From Thermoproteota archaeon (GTDB lineage Archaea > Korarchaeota > Korarchaeia > Korarchaeales > Korarchaeaceae): DNA of 45,985 nucleotides. Position 1 is the stretch's first letter. Every line of letters starts with the position of its first letter. This document shows positions 1-7,826 of the stretch, piece after piece. The notes beneath the pieces were generated by a model. That model had not been told where the DNA came from. It saw only the letters and a list, made by a program, of their open reading frames with translations, and did no database searches. A program made the translations under genes and the position numbers. The DNA is taken from the NCBI GenBank assembly GCA_027491735.1, contig JAOZGP010000038.1, positions 1-45,985 of the forward strand, given 5' to 3'.

Positions 1-633
1 AGTTAGGTCTCCTTCGGACTTGCCCCACATGCCGGAGATCACCTCCGAAGAACTCAAAATCTAAGATCCGGAAGGATAAAGGATGCGTCACACCTTTAAC
101 ATCCACGAAACAACCCGAGGACCGCGACGCTCTGAGTTAAATCTGGTCACGATCGAACCAGGAGCTTTCTTAATTTATTTCTATGAGTGCTTGTGAATGA
201 AAACCACCTCGTAAGGTAAGAGCATGTGGTGCCGCACGCTTCGTGAGAATTCGGCGGTATCAAGACCTTTGCAAAGACAAAGGGCTGGCAGCAGGCAAGC
301 TCTGATCAGATGTGGGTTTCTCTAGCGGAGGATCAGAAGAAGTAGAGGTGAGGCAGGCGCTCCTGCGTCCGCTGATGAGTGGGACAGGAGACCTCCACGA
401 ACACAGGTTGTAGAGGTGACGAATGGTCAGAATGGGAGGTTCATGGAGAACACCCTGAGCAGCTGATGAGTCTTGTTATCATGAACTCCGATCTGGTTGG
501 ACTCGATCAGGATCTTCCAAGAAAGATCCTCCATCACCGCTGATGACTAAAAGTCGTTTTGCTCCCTCTCCAAACGAGGTGAAGTTGAGATGTAGTTTAG
601 GAAAGATCGGTGAAGAGAGACAGGTCTGAAGAT

Positions 634-1632
634 CTACCAGGACCTCTGTGACTGGGAATTGTATGCCCCTCCAAATATTCTCTCATAAGCATCTACAGCA
701 GCAACTGTCCCTTGACCAACGGCTTTGCTTATCTGTAGGGGTTCGCCTGTGACGTCTCCCACGGCGTAAACTCCTGAAATGTTTGTTCTCTGTAAACGAT
801 CAGTCAGGACGAATCCTCTTTCATCCAGCTGGATTCCGATCTTCCTAGCAAGGCTGTTGTTTGGCTCCACGCCTATTGCCACGAAGACTCCGTCCACCTC
901 AAGCTCGACTCTTTCGGTTCCGGATTTAGTGGATCTCCTCAGGACGAGCTTTTCCACTTTGGAGGTCCCTCTGATCTCATCAACTGTGGAGTTCCACACG
1001 GGCTCCAAGTTTGGGAGCCTCAGCATCCTCTCAACTATCGACTTCTCAGCTCTCATCTTCTCTCTTCTATGAATCAGGAATACCTCTCTGGCTATCTGGC
1101 TGAGGTAGAGTGCAGAGACAGCTGCAGTGTGTCCACCTCCTACGACAGCCACTCTCTTGTTCCTGTAAAGAGGTCCATCGCAAACCGCACAGTAGCTCAC
1201 ACCACGTCCAATTAGCCTTTCCTCTCCTGGAACATTTAATCTTCTCTCATTACATCCCGTCGCTAGAATTAAGGCTCCATATCTGAATTTTCTACCTGAC
1301 GAGGTGAGAAGTGTTCTCTCATTAGTGATGATATCTATCACCTCCTCAGGGAATAGCATCTCAGCGCCAGCGGATATGGCGTGCTCATGAAACCTCAATG
1401 CGAGATCTCTTCCCTTCGCTGAGGGTACTCCGGGGTAATTCTCTATGAGAGGAGCCACATTGATCTTCCCTCCTGGGAGATCCTTCTCTATAACCAGGGT
1501 CTTGAGACCATATCTCGCAGCATATATAGCTGAGGTGAGTCCTCCAGGGCCCCCTCCAACTACTATAACGTCCCAGCTCTCCTGAAGATTAGGTGAAGCA
1601 GATTTCATCAGCTCAGGCATCATGATGTTCAT
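634..1632 (-). CDS. trxB: Thioredoxin-disulfide reductase (NAD(P)/FAD-dependent)
   Basis: FAD motif GGGPGG, redox-active CAVC in GRGVSYCAVCDG, NAD(P)H motif VGGGHTA, C-terminal GVYAVGD; exact start uncertain (several Met). Confidence 0.92.
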   Translation of the reverse strand: MNIMMPELMKSASPNLQESWDVIVVGGGPGGLTSAIYAARYGLKTLVIEKDLPGGKINVAPLIENYPGVPSAKGRDLALRFHEHAISAGAEMLFPEEVIDIITNERTLLTSSGRKFRYGALILATGCNERRLNVPGEERLIGRGVSYCAVCDGPLYRNKRVAVVGGGHTAAVSALYLSQIAREVFLIHRREKMRAEKSIVERMLRLPNLEPVWNSTVDEIRGTSKVEKLVLRRSTKSGTERVELEVDGVFVAIGVEPNNSLARKIGIQLDERGFVLTDRLQRTNISGVYAVGDVTGEPLQISKAVGQGTVAAVDAYERIFGGAYNSQSQRSW

Positions 1633-1749
1633 CAGAAGCTAGTGTTGAGCTTTAAAATAAATAATCAAGTTTTGAATTATCGATAATTAATTTATATCCA
1701 ATTTCGGATGGGACACGTGCTCGCTGAACTTTCAGACCTTCCTAAACGC

Positions 1750-2544
1750 TCAAATAGACCTCACGATCATGTATATCGAGATTGTCAGGAGAATTAAAGC
1801 AAAGACCCTCCTAATGATCTTGGATTTAGTTCTTCCAGCAATTCTTGCTCCAACTTGGGCTCCAAACACGGTGCCTGGGACGAGGCCTAGGAGATAGCTG
1901 TACATCACATGTCCAAGAGAGGTTCTTACGATAAGACCTGAGAGCGCTGTTATCACTATCATGAAGCTTGACGTGGCTACTGCCACGTGGACCGGAGTTC
2001 CAGCAGCCACAAGAATTGGAACCTTCAACACTCCACCTCCAATTCCAAAAAAACCTGAGGAAAGGCCAGCTAGAAAGCTGAGGGCCATGGCAGGTATGAT
2101 ATCTATTTGATACACTGTCATCCCTCCACCACGGCCCACGATCCTCTTCAGTCTGAGACCACCAGCAAATCTGCCCAACCTAAGCTCTTCCTTCCACATC
2201 TTGTAGGATACCAGAGCCATGAGCATCGCGAAGAGGACCTTCATCTGCTCAGATGAGGTGAAGGCCGTCAACAAGGCCCCAAGATATCCTCCTGGCGCAG
2301 TTGTAAGCTCCAAGATGAGGCCAGTCTTCCAGTCAACCCTCCCCTGCCTGAAATAGGCGATTGCTGAGGAGAGACCCGTGAACAGGACGACGACTAAACT
2401 GGTTCCGGTGGCGAGGTGAGGGTCCAATCCAAGGAATATGAGCGCGGGAACGAGAATTATTCCTCCGCCTATACCAATGAACGCGCTCAATGTGCCAACA
2501 ATCCCTCCAAGGAGAAATAGAGCCACTATCTCCAATAAAGGCAT
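1750..2544 (-). CDS. TauE/SafE family sulfite exporter-like membrane protein
   Basis: Two repeats of GIGGG followed by P, A(T/V)(G/A)TS motif twice, about 8 hydrophobic segments. ATG at 2544 follows a GGAGGAG SD-like motif (ORF track starts at TTG 2574). Confidence 0.88.
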   Translation of the reverse strand: MPLLEIVALFLLGGIVGTLSAFIGIGGGIILVPALIFLGLDPHLATGTSLVVVLFTGLSSAIAYFRQGRVDWKTGLILELTTAPGGYLGALLTAFTSSEQMKVLFAMLMALVSYKMWKEELRLGRFAGGLRLKRIVGRGGGMTVYQIDIIPAMALSFLAGLSSGFFGIGGGVLKVPILVAAGTPVHVAVATSSFMIVITALSGLIVRTSLGHVMYSYLLGLVPGTVFGAQVGARIAGRTKSKIIRRVFALILLTISIYMIVRSI

Positions 2545-2584
2545 CAATAAGCTCTCCTCCAGCACCTTTCGCAATTAAAAGTCT

Positions 2585-2602
2585 ATGCTTAAGCATGCTT
2601 AA
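2585..2602. promoter_or_regulatory. Overlapping palindromes ATGCTTAAGCAT / TTAAGCATGCTTAA upstream of tauE; candidate operator
   Basis: Perfect 12-bp (2585-2596) and 14-bp (2589-2602) palindromes next to a TTTAAA box about 60 bp upstream of the tauE start. Confidence 0.35.
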
Positions 2603-2889
2603 ACATTTAAACTCGATGATCTCCTTGAAAGCTCCTAGCTCCGACCTCGTGAACCCCAGTGACCACAGTCAACGGATACGTTTTTATGGATTTCTCGGTT
2701 CTTCAAACCCTTTGCTCCTCATCATATAGATCTTCTCACTTCCCTCCTCGTCTTCGGATTCACAGTACATCATCATCACATGATAGCTACCTATCGGGGG
2801 GAGTATGAGTTTTATAATTGTATAAAAATAAGCAAGATGGGAGTCCATCCTCCACGATCCTGTGCATCAATTATGTGATGTTTGTGGAG

Positions 2890-2947
2890 CGGATGAGAAG
2901 GATGAGGCGGGGTATTTCAGGTACAGGCTGGTGGAGGGGTGATAGAT
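2890..2947 (+). repeat. Direct repeat copy 1 (58 bp exact) of the wHTH 3' end / qmoC-like start junction
   Basis: cggatgagaaggatgaggcggggtatttcaggtacaggctggtggaggggtgatagat is identical to 7769-7826; the match extends left through ttgtggagc with a 1-nt indel. Confidence 0.95.
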
Positions 2948-3146
2948 TGTTGAAGTGGCTCTCATTCATTGTTTATTTTTTACAGTCTGCTGTAAAGGAT
3001 AGAACAAAATTATCCTTTGTCTGGATCTATAACCTAGACATGGCATTACTAAAATATTTAGCTGGATCTCCTTTTTTCCTTTTTTATAAAAAACCATGAT
3101 TAAACTTAAATTTTGTAGGTATGCCTAAGAGGACAGGTGATAGATT

Positions 3147-3557
3147 TTGACAGACAAGATGTGTATAACAGTTGCGACTGGCAGCGTCGATAGGCTGACG
3201 GGCATGGCTGTTCTGGTAAGCGCCGCGGCAGCAATGGATGTTGAGGTTGAGATTTTCCTACAGCTCTGGGGAGTTTATGCCTTCAAGAAGGACGTCATAA
3301 ACAAAAACATGAATCTGATAGAGTTCAAGGAGCTCGGTCCTCAGGTAGTTGAGGGGATGAAAAGGGCCAACATCCCTCCATGGTTTGAGATGCTTAAACA
3401 GGCCAAGGAGGTGGGGAAGGTTAAGATCTACGCCTGCTCAGCGGCTTCCAAGATTTGGGACGTTAAGCTGGAGGACTTGGAGATGGTTGATGAGGTCATG
3501 GGCGCTGGAGAGTGGCTAGACAAGATGAAGGAGGCCAAGATAAATCTGTTCATATGA
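3147..3557 (+). CDS. DsrE/DsrF-like (DsrE2-type) sulfur carrier protein
   Basis: AAAM-x-x-EVEIF..WG motif, conserved KIYAC cysteine, C-terminal LFI; adjacent to tusA. Confidence 0.85.
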   Translation: MTDKMCITVATGSVDRLTGMAVLVSAAAAMDVEVEIFLQLWGVYAFKKDVINKNMNLIEFKELGPQVVEGMKRANIPPWFEMLKQAKEVGKVKIYACSAASKIWDVKLEDLEMVDEVMGAGEWLDKMKEAKINLFI

Positions 3558-3561
3558 GGAG

Positions 3562-3831
3562 GTGAGAACTTTGAGTCTGTCGGAAGAGGAGCTTAGAGGT
3601 CTCAAGCCCGATAAGACTGTGGATGCGAGAGGGACCTCCTGTCCTGGCCCCCTTCTTGCAGCTAAGAGGGCTATAGCCGACGTTCCTATAAACGGTATCC
3701 TGGAGGTCCTCTCCTCTGATCCGGGAACAAAGAGAGATCTACCCCTATGGGCTAAGAAGGTTGGGCATGAGTTTCTGGGAACTCTTGAGGAGCCTGGATA
3801 CTTCAGGGTCTTCGTGAGGAGGAAGAGGTAG
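3562..3831 (+). CDS. tusA: TusA family sulfur carrier protein
   Basis: DARGTSCPGP (CPxP) motif, SDPG..DLP.W, GH; start may be the TTG a few codons downstream. Confidence 0.92.
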   Translation: MRTLSLSEEELRGLKPDKTVDARGTSCPGPLLAAKRAIADVPINGILEVLSSDPGTKRDLPLWAKKVGHEFLGTLEEPGYFRVFVRRKR

Positions 3832-3842
3832 GGGGGAGCTTC

Positions 3843-4253
3843 ACGGACTGGAATTCTTTCAGGCCTAAAATACTAGTTTTTTCCTCCGATTTGATATCCT
3901 ATGTGGGCATAGACTTTGCTGGTCTCCAGCATATGCATTATCCTGCTACCACATCCATAATGAGGTTACCATGTTCCTCTATGATAAGACCGGAATGGAT
4001 TATTTTAGCGCTAAAAAATGGATTTGACGGTGTATTTGTGGCTGCCGATGGAACTGACTGCCCCTATCTCAGAGACTGTACGGATAGAACAGCCAAAAGA
4101 ATAGATGACGCTTTGAAGCTAGCGGAAAAGGAAGGAATAGAACCTCAGAGAATTAAGATGGCTGCTATCTGCTCGGTCTGTGGGGAACCATTCGCGAACC
4201 ACATGCACAATTTCTACAGAGAGCTGAAGGAGCTAGGACCAGTTAAGAGGTGA
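3843..4253 (+). CDS. mvhD: MvhD/FlpD-like iron-sulfur subunit (atypical Cys pattern)
   Basis: In-frame FRPKILVF upstream of the called TTG (3891) matches the MvhD N-terminus; also ISYVGIDFAG, IMRLPCSS, GFDGVFVA, GIEPQRI. Probable start ACG at 3843 after GGGGGGAG. Confidence 0.8.
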   Translation, partial: TDWNSFRPKILVFSSDLISYVGIDFAGLQHMHYPATTSIMRLPCSSMIRPEWIILALKNGFDGVFVAADGTDCPYLRDCTDRTAKRIDDALKLAEKEGIEPQRIKMAAICSVCGEPFANHMHNFYRELKELGPVKR

Positions 4254-4257
4254 TCTC

Positions 4258-5592
4258 TTGGGAGTCATGGACCAGATCTTAGAGAAAGCTGTTGAAGAGG
4301 AAGAAGCTGTGTCCTACGATGTTTTGGTTGTGGGAGGAGGGATAGCTGGAGAGTCCGCCTCTCTCGATCTGGCTGACATGGGGTTCAAGGTCCTACTGGT
4401 GGAGAAGGAGCCCTCAGTTGGTGGCAAGATGTATCTCCTCAGCAAGGTGTTTCCCACCCTGGACTGCGCCAGCTGCATATCCACACCGAGAATGGCTGCT
4501 GTGTCTCATCACCCGAACATAATCCTTCACACCTACTCAGAAGTCTTGGAGATCAGAAAATTGTCCGAAAGCGATTTTCAGGCGAGAATTCTGGTGAAAC
4601 CAAGGTTTGTGGAGGATGACTGTACCGGCTGTGGGCAGTGCGAAAAAGTCTGCCCTGTCGTGGTTCCAAAGGAGTACGACTTCGGGCTTAGAGGAAGAAA
4701 GGCTGCTTACATACCCTTCGATACAGCTGTCCCGAAGAAAGCCCTCATAGATCTGGATCACTGCATCTTCTGCGGTCAGTGCGAGAGGACCTGTCCTGTG
4801 GGTGCTGTGAACTTCCTTCAGGTACCTAAAGTCGTGAAAGTCAGGGTTAGGGCAGTTCTGATCGCTACCGGATACGAGCTGTTTTCCATCGAGAGAAAGA
4901 CTGAGTATGGATATGGGAAGTTCAAGAACGTCATAACTGCCATGCAAATGGACAGACTCCTTGCCCCAACGAGACCCTTTAACGCAGTTCTCAGACCATC
5001 TGATGGGAAGGAGCCGAGCAGCATAGCCTTCGTTTTGTGCTCGGGATCGAGAGATAGAACACTTAATAACCCCATCTGCTCGCAAGTATGCTGCATGTAC
5101 TCTGTGAAGCAGGCTCAGCTGCTTATGGGAGCTCTTCCTTTAGCAGACGTAACTATATACTACATGGACATAAGAGCCTTCGGGAAGGGGTTCGAGGAGT
5201 TCTATCAGCAGGCCAAAGCGATGGGAGCCATGTTCGTGAAGGGTCGTGTAGCTAAGATTGAGGAGACAGAGAACGATGATCTGGTCCTTTGGTATGAGGA
5301 TATAGAGAACGGAGGCAGGATTAGCAAGGCCGTCCATGACTTAGTCGTGTTATCAGTTGGTCTAAAACCGAACTCGGAGATAGTCGAAGTCTTTAAGGGC
5401 GAGGTTTTAGAGAGGGATGAGCTCGGATGGATAAGATCGAGGGATGAGAACGTTAACCCTGTTGAAACCAGCATAAAAGGTGTGTTTGCTGCCGGATGTG
5501 TGCTGGGACCGAAAGATATACCAGATACCGTTCTCGAGGCTGGGGCCGCAGCCGCTCAGGTGGCTGCCTATCTGAATGAGGTGGGGGTATGA
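4258..5592 (+). CDS. hdrA: Heterodisulfide reductase subunit A-like flavoprotein (short form, QmoA/HdrA family)
   Basis: GGGIAG FAD motif, KVFPTLDCASC, inserted ferredoxin (CTGCGQC, CIFCGQC), CSGSRD..CSQVCC, YMDIRAFGK, GPKDIP. Confidence 0.9.
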   Translation: MGVMDQILEKAVEEEEAVSYDVLVVGGGIAGESASLDLADMGFKVLLVEKEPSVGGKMYLLSKVFPTLDCASCISTPRMAAVSHHPNIILHTYSEVLEIRKLSESDFQARILVKPRFVEDDCTGCGQCEKVCPVVVPKEYDFGLRGRKAAYIPFDTAVPKKALIDLDHCIFCGQCERTCPVGAVNFLQVPKVVKVRVRAVLIATGYELFSIERKTEYGYGKFKNVITAMQMDRLLAPTRPFNAVLRPSDGKEPSSIAFVLCSGSRDRTLNNPICSQVCCMYSVKQAQLLMGALPLADVTIYYMDIRAFGKGFEEFYQQAKAMGAMFVKGRVAKIEETENDDLVLWYEDIENGGRISKAVHDLVVLSVGLKPNSEIVEVFKGEVLERDELGWIRSRDENVNPVETSIKGVFAAGCVLGPKDIPDTVLEAGAAAAQVAAYLNEVGV

Positions 5593-7538
5593 GCCCCAAT
5601 CGAAGAATAGGTGTCTATGTTTGCTGGTGTGGCGGGAACATATCGGACGTTGTTGATGTGAAAAAAGTCGTTGAGGTAATAAGCAAAGAATCCGATGTTG
5701 TGGTGGCTAAGGACTTCATGTTCATGTGTTCTGATGCTGGTCAGAGGATGATAGAGGAAGACGTCAAGGAGAAAAAGTTGGATGCTGTTGTGGTGGCCTC
5801 CTGCTCGCCAAAGCTTCACGAGCTCACGTTCAGAGGAGCAGTCACCAGAGCTGGGCTCAACCCGTATATGTACTATCACGCCAACATAAGGGAACAGGTA
5901 AGCTGGGCCCACGGCAACGATCCTGCTGAGGCCACCAGAAAAGCGATAAGGCACATAAGAGCGGGAGTTGCTTATCTCAGACATGCTGAACCGCTGAAGA
6001 AGATAGAGGTCAAGGCAGCTCGATCGGTCCTGATCATTGGAGGAGGAGTTGCCGGGCTCAGATCAGCTCTGGACCTCTCTAGGATGGGCTTAAATGTCTA
6101 TCTTGTGGAGAGAGAGCCTTTTGTTGGGGGTAACACTGCTAAACTATGGGAAGTTTATCCATATAAAAGGAAAGGCTGGGAGGTCATTGATTCCATTTTA
6201 AAGGATCTTCTCGGTAGAGATAATGTGGCCATCTACACGAATGCAGAGGTACGATCAGTAAGCGGATATCTGGGGAACTTTGAGGTGAAGGTGGAGATCA
6301 AGCCTAGGGGCTTCAGGGGGAGGTGTGAGGATCTTGAGAGGGTTGTCAGCGTCTGTCCCATTAAGGTACCTAATGAGTACGACTTCGGACTTACGAACAG
6401 ATGTGCCATAATCGCTCCACCCTATCCCGGAGCCTACCCGGAAATCCCGTCCATAGATTGGAAGAACTGTGTAAAGTGTAGGAAGTGTGCTGAGGTCTGC
6501 GATCAGATAGAACTGGACGATGAAGTGCAGACTGTGAGATTGAAGGTTGGAGCTATAGTAGTGGCCACTGGTTTCAGGCCTTATGAGCCGAGGCAAGGCG
6601 AGTACAAGTATGGCAGTTCCGAAAGAGTTCTAACGCTCCCTCAGTTCATGAAACTAGTTGAGAGATCTGGTGGTGAGTTGAAGCTTGGAAACAGAACTAT
6701 CAGGACTGTAGTCTTCATCTACTGTGTGGGAAGCAGGCAGGTCCCGTCCGGAGATGAGAAGGTGAACAGTTACTGTTCCAGATACTGCTGCAATGCTGTG
6801 ATGAACTTATCTGTCAGGATCCTAGACAGATTTAATGGATTAAAACTATACCACTTGTTCAGGGACATCAGGACATATGGAAAGCACGAGCTTATGTACG
6901 AGGAGGCCTGCAAGAAGGGTGTTATATTCATAAAGTACGATGAAAACCAACCTCCGGAGGTTCTAGTCTCAGGGAAGAGAACGATTGTTAGGGTAAGAGA
7001 CCTCCTCACGGAAAGGGAAGAGCTGGAGATCCCATCAGATCTTGTGGTTCTAGTGACAGGAATGGAGCCTACACCGAACGAGAAGCTTAATGAAATCCTA
7101 AAGCTTCCGATAGGTAAGGACGGATTCTATCAGGAGATGCACCCCAAGCTCAAGCCCGTGGAGACTACCCTTGCCGGAATGTTCATCGCTGGAGCCTGTC
7201 AGGGACCTAAAGATATAAGGGAAAGCGTGTTGTCCTCCTCAGCAGCGGCAGCAAAAGCCGCCACCTTAGTGCTTCCCGGACGGATAGAGCTGGAGCCGTT
7301 CACGGCTCTTGTCGATCCGGAGAGGTGTAACCTGAGCAAGAGGTGCGTTGACGAGTGTCCATATGGAGCAATCCAGATCAGGAGATACGAGGGTCTTGGG
7401 GAAAAGGCGTGGGTAAATGAGGTCCTCTGCAAGGGATGTGGTGCTTGTGTAGCAGCGTGTCCCAATGGAGCTATAAACATCAGGGGGCTTACAAACGTGC
7501 AGATTGAGGAGATGATAAGGGCGGCCGGGAGGGAATGA
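5589..7538 (+). CDS. hdrA: Heterodisulfide reductase subunit A-like flavoprotein (long form, QmoB/HdrA family)
   Basis: N-terminal CWCGGNI..CS..SCSP..ANIREQ domain, GGGVAG, YCVGSR..YCSRYCC, HPKLKPVET, GACQGPKDI, C-terminal ferredoxin CKGCGACVAACP. Confidence 0.92.
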   Translation: MSPNRRIGVYVCWCGGNISDVVDVKKVVEVISKESDVVVAKDFMFMCSDAGQRMIEEDVKEKKLDAVVVASCSPKLHELTFRGAVTRAGLNPYMYYHANIREQVSWAHGNDPAEATRKAIRHIRAGVAYLRHAEPLKKIEVKAARSVLIIGGGVAGLRSALDLSRMGLNVYLVEREPFVGGNTAKLWEVYPYKRKGWEVIDSILKDLLGRDNVAIYTNAEVRSVSGYLGNFEVKVEIKPRGFRGRCEDLERVVSVCPIKVPNEYDFGLTNRCAIIAPPYPGAYPEIPSIDWKNCVKCRKCAEVCDQIELDDEVQTVRLKVGAIVVATGFRPYEPRQGEYKYGSSERVLTLPQFMKLVERSGGELKLGNRTIRTVVFIYCVGSRQVPSGDEKVNSYCSRYCCNAVMNLSVRILDRFNGLKLYHLFRDIRTYGKHELMYEEACKKGVIFIKYDENQPPEVLVSGKRTIVRVRDLLTEREELEIPSDLVVLVTGMEPTPNEKLNEILKLPIGKDGFYQEMHPKLKPVETTLAGMFIAGACQGPKDIRESVLSSSAAAAKAATLVLPGRIELEPFTALVDPERCNLSKRCVDECPYGAIQIRRYEGLGEKAWVNEVLCKGCGACVAACPNGAINIRGLTNVQIEEMIRAAGRE

Positions 7539-7539
7539 C

Positions 7540-7821
7540 ATGAGCGAGAGGAGATCGACAGTGGTCCAGCTCAGGAACAGATCAGGGCTCAAACCCTCCA
7601 AGGAGAACGTAGAGCTCATGAGGAGAAGCAAGGAGGTTCAGACCGCTATAACTAAAGCCCTAAAGGATGGTCCTAAGACCGTCCCAGAGATAGCAAAGGC
7701 GACAGGCCTCTCTAAGGACGAGATCTTCTGGCACCTCATGACCATGCACAAATACGGGGTTGTGGAGCCGGATGAGAAGGATGAGGCGGGGTATTTCAGG
7801 TACAGGCTGGTGGAGGGGTGA
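7540..7821 (+). CDS. Small winged helix-turn-helix protein
   Basis: LKDGPKTVPEIAKATGL..IFWHLMTM.KYG.V is a typical wHTH pattern; tightly coupled within the operon. Confidence 0.75.
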   Translation: MSERRSTVVQLRNRSGLKPSKENVELMRRSKEVQTAITKALKDGPKTVPEIAKATGLSKDEIFWHLMTMHKYGVVEPDEKDEAGYFRYRLVEG

Positions 7822-7826
7822 TAGAT
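7769..7826 (+). repeat. Direct repeat copy 2 (58 bp exact)
   Basis: Identical to 2890-2947. Confidence 0.95.

Noticed and set aside
371-405. CUGAUGA...GAAC resembling a hammerhead ribozyme core or fluoride riboswitch 3' end
   Set aside because: GAAA and a convincing stem III/NUH site are missing, and there is no fluoride-riboswitch 5' motif; kept only as part of the general structured region.
2818-3099. 93-aa ORF in the tauE-dsrE intergenic region
   Set aside because: No family signature; it reads out of frame through the duplicated 58-bp segment and the AT-rich promoter.
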